A program made the position numbers and the translations under genes. Below, piece after piece: positions 1 through 12,680 of a stretch of DNA of 64,000 bases (within the stretch, counting starts at the first letter, position 1; the number at the start of each line of letters is the position of its first letter). The DNA is from Octopus sinensis. Lineage: Eukaryota. Under the pieces are notes generated by a model. The model was given only the letters and a program-made list of their open reading frames with translations. It did no database searches and had not been told where the DNA came from. The DNA is taken from the NCBI RefSeq assembly GCF_006345805.1, contig NC_042998.1, positions 121,272,001-121,336,000 on the forward strand, written 5' to 3'.

Positions 1-117
1 ATGAAGAACAAGATATATTTTCTGGAGATTCAGAAAAGTTGACATGGCGTTGGGTGTCTGCGATGTCCTGTCTAATTGATAAACCATCATCAGTGTGTTG
101 GTTATCTGCATCAAGAC
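1..117 (+). CDS. TECPR1: TECPR1 exon (5'-truncated by window edge), [38 protein letters not shown]
   Basis: Open frame from position 3; donor GTAAGT at 118; phase 1 matches the next exon. Confidence 0.8.
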
Positions 118-3100
118 GTAAGTTATCTTTTGAACTTCAGACTAATATATTTCTTTACTCAAAGTGTGTTGGCTTGTGTGAGCATGTGTTTGTGTGCTTT
201 AATTTGGACGTCAAACACATAATTAAGGTTACATACAGACAATCTCATTCCAAAGAGACTGCAATTATAGGGCATGTTAAATATAATACATGTACATACT
301 CACATGTGTATTATTATTCTTTTCCCCTTTCACTTTTTCTATGCTTGTATAGTTTGAACAAGAGTTATTGAGGCTGTATTCTACAGTAAGATGCTCTTCC
401 AATAATAGCCAGTCCTCACTTGCTTTTCAAGAAAGGTATTGTTATTCCACTGGTTTTCACATCCCAATCACATTCTTTCAGATTCAGCTCCACTGAGAAT
501 CACCTTTCCAAATAAGTAGTGAAATAACTCTCTTTTCCTCCTGCCTTTCAAATAGCATTTTAATATTTATATGATCACAATAAGTAAACAATGAAATTAC
601 ATTTAAGAATTTATAAAAACAAATTAGAAAATAGTAAAATATTTTTAATGGAACACATTTTCCACCATTGATACCAGTTTGCAAAATTTGAAAAAGGCTG
701 GTAACATGATTGAACAAAAATAACAGATAAATTTCAAATACAGTTTTGGATAGAACATATATATATCATCATCAACATCATCTTTTAATGTCCACCTTCT
801 ATACTGGCATGAGTTGGACAGTTTGATTGAGGACTGGCAAGCCAGGAGGCTGTGCCAGGCTCTAATCTGTTCTGGCAAGGTTTCTACAGCTGGATGCTCT
901 TCCTAACGCCAACCATTCTGAGAGTGTAGTGGGTGCTTTTTACCTGTCACAAGCACAGGGTCCAGTCAGGTGGCACTAGCAACAACCACGCTCAAATGGT
1001 GCTTTTTACATGCCAGTCAGGTGGCACTGGTATCGGCCACGACAACGATTTCACTTGACTCAATAGATCTTCTCAAGCACAGCATATTGCCCAACGATTA
1101 GAGGGTACTTTTAAACAGGTCAGTCAGCCACACACACACACATTTGTTTTGTTCCTTTTTGGCCTGTTTTTCCATGCTTGGATGAATATGATATTTGAGA
1201 CATTGTTTTATGGCCAGGCACATTCCTGATGCTAATTCTTAGCTGTTTTTTAAAGTTAATGGTCGCTTACTCAACATGGCTTTGAAGGCATGAAGTGTCC
1301 AGACAAATTTTTAACAATAAAAACTGTTATTGAATGCTGAAGCTTCTTAATTGTAACTTGGTTTAATATTCCTGATTACTCTTTTACTTGTTCTGACCCA
1401 AGGCCTATGGCCATGTTCAAACATTGGAATAATTGGAAACATGAAATTCAGGGTTAATGATGAAATTAACCCTTGCAAGATTTGAATTTGGGGTGTAACT
1501 AAATACTGCTAATTATTTTGTCAGTCACTCTCAAATTTACAATACCACAACACCCTGCTCCACCCCCAACAACGTCACCATCAATGACAATATTAGTATA
1601 TTTATAATGAAGGCAACCAGCCATCCTTTCATAGAGATTAGATCTGTACTAAACTGAATCCACTTTATGTAGTCACTTGATCTGCTACAAATAGCAGCTA
1701 AATCTCCCTCAATCATAGTTGTGCTGGGTCAGTTCTGACCTGGAGCTAAGCATCAACAGTCATTTCCAGTGCTTTGTACAAATTTTAGGAATCTAATCTA
1801 TATTTTGTCAACTTAATCACTGATATAGACTAGATTTAATATTCTTGAATTATCTCTTGCAGGGCATACGACTGGTTCAACAAGTAGCATTATTGATGAT
1901 TCTACCATTCTGCTAGCACCAGCCCTTCGTACAACAATTCTTCAACGACTTCAAACACGCAACTACAAAGAAGTGACATTATTTGCGCACATGGAACATG
2001 CTGTGGAGAAGGTAGGTGTATACTGTTTTGTTTCCTTTGTTATTTACTTTGGTACATTAGAAATTGCTGCTGCTCTGGTTTTTATCCGCAAATTTGCTTC
2101 TCATAACTAAGGCACCTACCCATTACTATGTAACCTTGTCATAAATTACAGTTCTTAATAACTAAATTACCTAGCCATATATAAAGTACTCAACTGTATC
2201 AGAAGTACTTTCCTGTAACAGAGGTACCTCATTATAACTAAGATATGTAGCATGATTAAGAAATCTAGCCATACCTAAGGTCCTAACTATAACTAAAGTA
2301 ACAAGCTATATATAAAGTATCCAGCTATAACTAAAATTCTTTGATACCAACATTACCTATCTAGTGACATCAAAATAGCTCATCATAATAGTGATACCTA
2401 TAGTTAAGATAGATAGCCATGACTAAAGAATCAAACTATAACTATAAAATTTTATATATGATATTTAGGAATAACAAAATACTTAGTCATGACTAAAGTA
2501 CCAAAGTATATATTAGATGTCCAGCACTTCATAACAATACAAATATATATATATATATATATATATAGTCTCAAACTCTCAGTACTTGGGTTGTGGATTC
2601 ATATTCATTGCAAATAATTTCTTGATTATCTGAACATACTGCATGCTACAGATCTTGTTGATAGGTTCCAAGTCTTGTGGACATGTTATCTGCAATAGAC
2701 TTTGTAAATGCAAGGTACTGAAACATAACTAATTAGGTGTTAATAAGACATAAAGTATTGAATCATAAGTAAGGTACATAGTCAGGTACTAAGATACACA
2801 GTTATAAAGTTCTGAATTATAACTAAGTTACACAGTTATAAAGTACTGAGTGATGATTATGGTACACAGTCACAAAGTCTTAATTGAAATACACAGTTTA
2901 TAGTACTGAATCATAATTAAGATACACAGTCATAAAGTATTGAGTCATAACTAAGTTATGGCTCAGTGATAAATACTGTATCATGAGTAAAGTCACACTC
3001 ATAAAATACCGAGTCATAACTAAAATATACTGTTGTAAAGTGGGGAGTTATAACTAGGGCACAGTCATAAAATACTGAGTTGTAGCTTAGGTACACAATC

Positions 3101-6100
3101 CTGATTAAGATCTGCAATCTCAAGCATTGAGTTGTAACTAAGGTATATTGTTGTAAAGGACTAAGTCATAGCTAAGATACACAATTATAAAGAACTGAAC
3201 AACAAATTACACTGGTATGTTTGAGGAATTGAACTATATATGTTACTGTGTCTTAGTGAAGTTATTGGCCTACACATTGCTATCACATTTACTACATATC
3301 CATGCTACAAGGCACTGTATCATAACTAGGGTTCAAAATTACAAGGAACTATATCATAGCTATAGAGTAATGTCATAACAGCAACATTGTAGAATATCAT
3401 AAATAAGGTACTGAACTACAAAGTATTATGCGATAGCTAAGGTATGTATCAGTACTTAGTTACAAGGTATTTTTTGATAACTAAGGTATCGAAAAGTAAC
3501 TGTAATTCACAAAACCCTAAAATATTGCTTTCAAACTTTGGCATAAGTTCAGCAATTTCAGAGTTAGATATAAGTCAATTGCATCAACCCCAGTACTCAA
3601 CTGGTACCCTGAAATGATGGAAGGCAAAGTTGGCCACAGTGGAATTTGAACTTAGATGGACAAAATACTTTTAAGTATTGTGCCTGGCATGCTAACAATT
3701 CTGCCAGCTCACTGCCTTACACATATTAATACTTTCCGGCTCCCTGTCAGCTTCTTGGTACATAAGGGGTTTTCAATTCACTCTTTATTTGTTATTTTAA
3801 CTAGTGATATAACAAACAGAAGCTCCTTAAAATATATATGCTAATTACACCAAGCTCTTTAATTAACACATTGTGACCTAAAATTCCTAATGCCCTCTAA
3901 CCTTTATTTCCATTGAAGTTGTTAACCAAAATATTTTCAGGTCTCTTGGATCAAGAAAGGGAGTCTTTATTGGTTAGAGAATCCACAAAAGTCCAAATGG
4001 ATTGAATGTAATGTAGAGTTTGAACAAGGAATGGACACTGTCTGTGAACCAAGCACATTTACAATACATTATGTTGTTAAATCTAATCATATGGTAAGTT
4101 ATCATCTTTTGCCCAGCCTCTAGTTCAGTAATTCCATCTTTCAAGTTCTTCCTGTAATGGTAGAGATAGAAATGAAAATATATCCAAGAAAATTTTAGTA
4201 ATATTTGGTGTAGATGGGGCTGGTATTTGTCAGTTTGGGAACCACTGCCTTAACCCATTTGATTCTTAATGTATCTCTGTAAACTCTATTGTCATATCTA
4301 TTTAGGAAATAAGGGACATTAACCTAGTGAAGTGACCATCTCTCTCTAAGCTATTTACCTTTGAGAGGAGTTGAATTCAGCACTGCAAGCTGACAATTTT
4401 ATAGTGTAGCCACACCTTTTATTGGTATGCCGTTCTATTTTGTGGTATTTATTTACTATAAGGTAAACGGGACCATTTCAGAACTTGATCATAGACACAA
4501 CCATACAGTGCTAGTATCATGATATGAACTGCTGAACTCTTGTTCAGTGTCCTATCCACTTAGTTATACTGATGCAACTACATTGCTGTCGACAGAATAT
4601 GAACCATTGATGTCTTGACTGGTAACAATGCCCTATCCACAAGGTAATCTCTGATTTTAACATACATAATATATTGTCTGTCCAATCACTTTATGGATTG
4701 TATTGGGTGCATACTTTATGGATTGTATTGGGTGCATACTAGTGAGGTTGCCATGGTCTTTGCAAGACTAAAAACTCCTCTCTGCCTTTCATTGCTATTG
4801 TTCTTTCAAGCAATCATTACCAAGAGTGTCAACAAAATGTTGACTATGAGCACAAAAGAAGAAAATGTATGAGTGTGACAGGGGAAACAGAATATGAGGG
4901 TAGGAAAGAAAGTGTTATCTACATACTGATTGTTGGAGATAGCATGAATAGTGTGATCAGGTAGCTATAAAGATGTGTCAAGATAAAAAAAAAAAGAGAG
5001 AGCAAATGATGGATAGTAACAGAGATGGGTGATGGTGAGTGAGTATGAGTGGTAGATATCATTGAAGAGTCACTTGGCAGGGAGAGTCATGTGGTAGAGA
5101 AGGGTGACAGTTGGATTATATTAAAGGTACTTGTGTCTTTAATGTAATTCTCAGGCAAACACAGCATGAGTAGCTGAGTATTCCACATATTCCTTATATG
5201 GAATTGGTATGATCATGTCTAACAAAGCTAGACCAAAGGATTACAGGTACAGTCCATATAATAGGCCTTCACACAGTTTCTGTCTACATATTTTAGTTTC
5301 ATTCACAAGGTTTGGGTTGGCCTGAGGCTCTGGTAGGTGACACTCGTTCAAGATATTACTCAGTGGAATCAAATCTCTTTTGTTTTATGATTACAAAACA
5401 AATTTCTTAACCATTCAGCTATCTCTGCATCTATAATGTGTTTATATTGGTTTCAAATTTTGGCTTAAGGCCAGCAATTTCAGAGGATGATGAGTTGATT
5501 ACATCAGCCCCAGGACTCAACTGGTACTTATTTTATCAACCCTGAAAGGATGCAAAGCAAAATCAACCATGGCAGAATGAAAAGAAGGATGAAATGCTGC
5601 TAAACATTTTGCCTGGCATGCTAACAATTCTGCCAGCTTACCACTTTAGAATATGTTAATGTTAAATAATAGTTGCTTTCATAAAGCATGGCATCTAGGA
5701 AGGAGATATGGTGAAGTGACACCAATAGGCATGAAACATGTTTCTATGCTACATTCAAATATTCTGAACATTTCTTCTGTATTTCAGCATCTACAGATTC
5801 CACTGAATGAAGTGTTGTGTACCTGTCGCATCAGTGAACCATTACGACAGTATCAAATGGCCATTCATGTGAGTCCAGAAGTCAGTCATACATCACCAAT
5901 TCTTCTATCATCCATTAATGAAGCAGATATTGATGATTGGGTAAGTTCACTTTACTATATGGCTCTCAATATGTTAATGTTGGTATTGTTGCTGTCTTGT
6001 TAATGTTACTATGCTTTGTTGTTTAAACTTAGGTTGTCTTTGAAAAATCTATAATCAAAAGCATCCAGCTGTGGCCATCCTGTCTTTATTACATTATCCA

Positions 6101-9100
6101 GTGTGTCCTTTCTTTTGTAAGATGGTAGGTTGTGACCAGAGAGATTTGACTCTTATTTGTAACAGGTCTAGTGAACATGTAGAAGTTCCTCCTTAATTCA
6201 TTATGAAGTCACTTGATCTACTAGAAATAGCAGCTAAATTTCTTAATTATCATATCCAACTATTTTAATTAAGGATAGAGTGCACCATATAATACCTGAT
6301 ATACATAAAAATGAGATGATCACAGTTGAAATGCCTTTGACCATAGATCTATTCAATCAGGATTGATATGGGGGTCAAACTAAAACTCAAAGTTAGAAAG
6401 TTGTCTGTTATCCCTTCCTAAGTTCAACCAATCCACTTTTCTCTCCTCACCATCCTTACTATGTGTCTATGCTACTACTGTTCCTAATACCACCAAAACT
6501 TTAACTCAGTTTAGTTTGGTGAAATGGGGTGTTTCCAAATCTACCTTTTCACTGGCATTTTCTCTCTTTGATGATGATACTTTTGTTGTTTATCCTCAGC
6601 TCAGCTGTGGTCAAACAGACCTATGATTAAAACCATTCCAGCCATGGCTCTCCTATCATTTTAGGGACTATATTATATGATGTACCCCACATTGTATTAG
6701 ATGGTAGTATGTGTTTTGTGTGAGAGTTGGTTACTATTTCTAGCAAGTAAAGTAATCATGTTGAAGCTCACTCATTGACTCATATGTATAAAGCTGTTCT
6801 AGTTTTACATGAACAAATTGTTTTTCCATTGCAGGTATCCACCCTGAATATTTCATCTGTCTCCAAACACAGGTACTTGAGTCTTGGCGTTCAACCAGGC
6901 GCAGTATGGTCAACAATGGTCCGTGGAGATATTTTTGTTTATGACCCAACAAACAGCATGTCAGATAGCAGTTCCTCTGGAACATTGAAGAACTTTTCTC
7001 CGTAAGAATATTCATTTTCATTAATATTTTACTTGGCATTTGTTTTGGCAGCATGCTTGATGTATTGCAAAGTGTCCACGGCTTTGAGGCATAAGAGAGG
7101 AAAAAAACTATGACTCATAACTTATTCTTAGACTGGAAACCAAGTTCTAATGCAAAATATACCTAAGGTCAAGATAGTGCTGTTAACCCTTTGTCAAATG
7201 TATTATTTAATTATTCATTGTTTTGAATCAATCATGCATTATCTTGTAGCTTAAAGATTTTTATGGTGTGATTTCTTATTTTTAGAATGACATTGTAGGG
7301 TAGGTGTGATAGGCCTAATCTGCCTGTTCGAACATAAAAAAGGTAGAATATTTGGGCCAGATGGCCAGTTTAAATGCTAATAGGTTAAAGCAGGCTATAA
7401 CCTAACAATTAGTACAGTTCACCTGATTGGCTACTGTACAGTTTCCATCTACTCACATTCACTTTCAAGACTTGAGCCAACCTGAGGTTATGGTATGACA
7501 CCAGAAGTAACACATGGTGGGATTAATTCAAAATCATGTGGTGTTTTATATAATCTAGAACTTTTCCTTTCTACTACATTGCCTAGGTATTTTACAATTA
7601 TTATGCTTAGGTGGCAACAGTGGAGACACTGGTCTTTTGGTATGGTTTCTACAGTTATAGCTATATACATTGTTATGAATTATAATATCCTGTCATTAAT
7701 TCCTTTCTACAATAGTAAATAATAGATAAAAATATAGATATCTTATTTTGTATTGAGTATGAAAATGTGGCATAGTGTCAAATGATATTGATAGATGGAT
7801 ACTGTCTTTACTTAATATAAAACAATGCATCTTAATCGTTGGACAGCAGTGATTAATGATTTAGACTGCAAGCAGAAATAAAGTTTAAATAAAATTTGTC
7901 ATAAACCAGTTCAAAGAAAGCTTGACATGGACATGCAGAATGACACAGGGTTGAGCGTCCCCTTGAAGGCAGTTGTAACTGCCAAGAGTTGACTGAGGAT
8001 ATCGATTCCAATGATGACTGGAGTTTGTACCTGTTAAAGCTAAGGACAACAATGCACAAGCCCTTCTTGACACGAGTTTTGACAGGACATTTATAGAAGT
8101 GAATCTTCTTACAGTCTGGGGATTACAATATGATCATACCTGCCCAGAAAAAGTTAACTTGGCCAACAACACAGCACTGGAGATTAAAGGCAAATTCAGT
8201 AGCAAATTACAACTGGGAAATAACGCATATAATGCTAATTTCCTTGTGGCCGACCACCTTGTAGCTCTGGTCATCATTGGCATTGATATTCTCAGTCAAC
8301 ACTTGGCAGTTACAATTGACTTCAAGGGCATGTTCAAACCTGGGTCATTCTGCATATTCATGTCAAGCCTTCTTTGAACTGGTTTATGACAAATTTTATT
8401 CAAACTTTATTTCTGCTCGCTGTCTAAACTATTAATCACTGCTGTCCACCAAAAGCTATGAAGTCGAAAACAAAAGGAAAATCAGTCTATAGAAGAATTC
8501 ATGTCAAGCCTTCAGGTACTGGCCAAGAAGTGTAAAATCCAAGCCCTAACGGCAAACTATTACTGAGAAATTCTAATTGAGGATGCCTTTGTGGCTGGGC
8601 TTCAATCACCATCAATCAGACAAAGGTTTCTCGAGTCATCAGATGACAGCTTAGAAACACTCTATAAGCTTGCTCAAACCATGGAGGTGGCCACTGAAGA
8701 CACTTGCAACCTATAACAAGGCTCAGCTAGTATCGATCAACCACCCCACCTTGAAGTCGCTAAATCAGCATGCTTTTGGTGCAGTGGAAATATCCATTAA
8801 AAAAATCAATGCCCTGTGAGAAACTCCACTTGCAAAAGGTGTCAGAAGAAAGGCCACTGGGAGTAAGTCTACCTCTCAAAAAAGCCTCCAAGAAACAAAT
8901 GAAACTTCCCTAAAACAGCAACTATCACAAAGCCAGAGAGCAACTCAGAGGAAAACAGTGATGGAACCTTATCATCCATCCTTTTAGCAATAACAAACAG
9001 TACAGGATATTGGTACCCGTTAAAATTAAGGGCAACAATACACAAGCCCTTCTTGACATGGGTTCTGACAGGACATTTACAGAAGTAAATCTTCTTGCAG

Positions 9101-12100
9101 TCTGGGGATTACAATACAATCATACCTGCCCATAAAAGTTAACACAGCACTGGAGATTAAAGGCAAATTCAGTAGCAAATTACAACTGGGAAAAAACGCA
9201 TATAACATTAATTTCCTTGTAGCTGACCACCTTGTAGCTCTGGTCATCATTGGCATTGATATTCTCAGTCAACACTTGGCAGTTACAATTGACTTCAAGG
9301 GCATGTTCAAACCTGTGTCATTCTGCATATCCATGTCAAGCCTTCTTTGAACTGCTTTATGGCATACATCAACCAATTTATGGAGTGTAACAGGTGCAGT
9401 GTGTGACTGTGTGTATAGTTATATACTTTTGGAGATGTTATACATATGTATAGCATCTCTAAGATGTTATCTCACTCACAATTATTCACTTGCTGTCACA
9501 GAGATGTGATAGTAATATACTCATTCTGCTAAAAATATGCTAGATATGCAAGTAAGTAAGGTGAGGGTTGGCAATGAGTACACTGAAGAATTCAGGGTAG
9601 AGGTAGGAGTCCACCAAGGTTCAGTCCTCAGCCCCCTCCTATTTATCATAGTCTTCCAGGCAATAACGGAGGAATTCAAGACAGGATGCCCCTGGGAGCT
9701 CCTCTATGCTGATGACCTTGCTCTAATTACTGAGTCACTATCAGAACTAGGGGAGAAGTTTCAAGTGTGGAAACAAGGATTAGAAGCAAAGGGCCTTAGA
9801 GTCAACGTAGCTAAAACCAAAGTCCTAATAAGCAGGAAGGCAGGCAAACCACAAATCCCTTCAGGTAGATGGCCCTGCTTGATCTGTAGTAGAGGTGTAG
9901 GTAGAAACTCTATAAGATGTACCCAGTGTAAGCTATGGACACATAAGAGGTGCAGCAATATCAAAGGATGGCTAACTGGGAAGATAGCTTTTGTATGTGG
10001 CAGATGCTCGGGTGCAATAAACACTGACAATGTGCAGCGAACAACTTCCGCCACATTCCAGGGAGAAAAACTAGAAGTAGTTGATAGCTTCCATTACCTA
10101 GGTGACCAAGTCAGTAGCGGGGAAGGGTGCTCTGAAAGTGTAGCTGCTAGAATAAGAATAGCTTGGGCAAAGTTCAGAGAGCTCTTACCCTGCTGGTAAC
10201 CAAGAGCCTCTCGTTCAGAGTAAAAGGTAGACTGTATGATGCATGTGTACGAACAGCCATGCTACATGGCAGTGAAACATGGGCTGTGACTGCTGAGGAC
10301 ATGCATAAGCTCACAAGGAATGAAGCCAGTATGATCTGATGGATGTGTAATGTCAGTGTGCATACTCGACAGAGTGTAAGTACCTTGAGAGAAATGTTGG
10401 ACCTCAGAAGCATCAGATGTGGTGTGCAAGAGAGACGACTGCGCTGGTATGGTTATGTAGCGAGAATGGATGAGGATTTCTGTGTGAAAAAGTGCCACAC
10501 CCTAGCGGTTGAGGGAACCTGTGGAAGAGGTAGACCCAGAAAGACCTGGGATGAAGTGGTGAAGCACGACCTTCTAACTTAAGGCCTCACGAAGGAAATG
10601 ACTAGTGACCGAAACCTCTGAAAATATGCTGTGCTTGAGAAGACCCGGCAAGCCAAATGAGACCATAACCTTGTTTGCCTGTGCCAGTAGAGTGCTAAGA
10701 GCACCATCTGAGTGTGATCGTTGCCAGAGTGGCTAACTGGCTTCCGTGCCGGTGGCATGTAGGAGGCACCATTCGAGCGGGATCGTTACCAGCATCGCCT
10801 TACTGGCACCTGTGCCGTTGGCATGTGTAAAAAAATTCAAGCGAGGTCGTTGCCAGTACTGCCTGTCTAGCCCAAAAAATTCTAGTGAGGTCGTTGCCAG
10901 TACCGCCTGACTGGCCCCTGTGCCGGTGGCACGTAAAAGCACCCACTACACTCTCGAAGTGGTTGGCGTTAGGAAGGGCATCCAGCTGTAGAAACTCTGC
11001 CAGATCAAGACTGGAGCTTGGTGCAGCCATCCGGTTCGCCAGCCCACAGTCAAACCATCCAACCCATGCTAGCATGGAAAGCGGACGTTAAACGACAATG
11101 ATGATGATGATGCACCTGTGTTCCTTCTTTCCTACTTTGAATCCACAATTCTTAATGGATATAGAAAGTCGCTATTGTGACATAGTATATACTGGAAGTT
11201 TTGGAGGAGACATTCTAAAGAGTAAAGTGTGTCTTGGGAATTTTAAACTTGACATAGCCCGCCTTCTCCAGGTTTGAACACTGGCAATTCTTTCCGTCCT
11301 TTCTTCCAGAAAGAGAGAGAGAGATCAACTTCAATAATTGATTGGTACTTTTTTAGCGACCCCCAAAACAACGAAAGATAAAGTTGATCTCGGAGTGCAG
11401 AGAATCAATGAATACTGCAAAGCATTCTCTCCAACACTCTAACTGTTCTGCCAGCTCTCTGCAAAGGGATATGGTAATTATCTACCTATACATGTACACT
11501 GTCACAGAACTGTGGCATTTATGCATTTACGTTTATATACATACATACATACATGCATGGTATGGCAGTATGTAACTGTTGTAACTCACATAGATGTGGT
11601 AGATATATGAACAGGCAGGAAGTTCCAAGGATTGCAGCTGCAGAGATGAAGGTTTCAGCAAGTAGTTTTATTTATAGAACACATAATCTGGTCTATGGAA
11701 TTTGAAATATGGCAGTGGTGTGAAGAGGAGAAAATAGAGGAAGTAGGTTTGGCTAATTTTACAAAATAAAGATAAAAAGGATATAGCACATCAGTAGGCC
11801 CATGATGCTAGTGTGAAGGTTTTATAATTGGTCAGATAGCTGTATATTGGATATATATCAGAAACACTGTTTTAAATATGTTGGTGCTTTGGTGTGGACT
11901 ACACTTGTGCTATATAATGATGATGTTGATATAATTGTCTTACTTACCTATCTCCTTTAGAAAATGGATTCCAGTTGGTGGACATTTGCACCTGGTAGAA
12001 ACCAACCCTTTGAATATCAGCTGGGGTATTGGCTATGACAGCTCAGCCTGGGTATATACTGGAGGCTTTGGCGGAGACATTTTAAAGAGTAAGTATTCTC

Positions 12101-12649
12101 TCAACACATCTATAGATCCACTCTCTTACATGTGTTAGTTTTACACACACACACACTCCTACAAATATGATAGTTATATACCTTTACTTCCACAGGTGTG
12201 ATAGTAATACTCTCTTCTTCTATATGTGATGATTATTTACCCACTATTCTACACATACAAATGCACATACAGTTTAAAATACATGTTACTAAATAAATAC
12301 ACATGCACACACAGGTTACTTCCTGTTTCTGTCACAAGGCTTTGGTCAAACCAAAGCTATAGTAAAAGACACCTACCCAAAGTACCATGCAGTAGGATTG
12401 AACCCAAAAACATGTACTTGGGAGATAAACTTCTTGAGTACACAGTCATACTTGCACTCCATTTATATATAATGAATGGTAGTTTCATACTGGTGTGAAA
12501 TGTAATTAAATGATAAAAGTACCTGTCCTAATGTTCAGGTAACTCAGGAATGAGAAACTCTAAGCAGGAACTCACACACTGGGAAAAATAATATACATAC
12601 ATGCGCATGTGCATGCACACACACACGCACGCGTGCTCGCACACACACA

Positions 12650-12680
<31 letters not shown>

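Noticed and set aside
2270-2300. CCTAAGGTCCTAACTATAAC resembles pieces of the I-CeuI/LSU rRNA homing site
   Set aside because: The words are in the wrong order, arise from the surrounding minisatellite, and have no rRNA context.
10740-10945. CRISPR-like look: palindromic GTGCCGGTGGCAC repeats with intervening sequences
   Set aside because: The spacers are homologous to each other, the array is part of the RTE 3' UTR, the context is eukaryotic and there are no cas genes.
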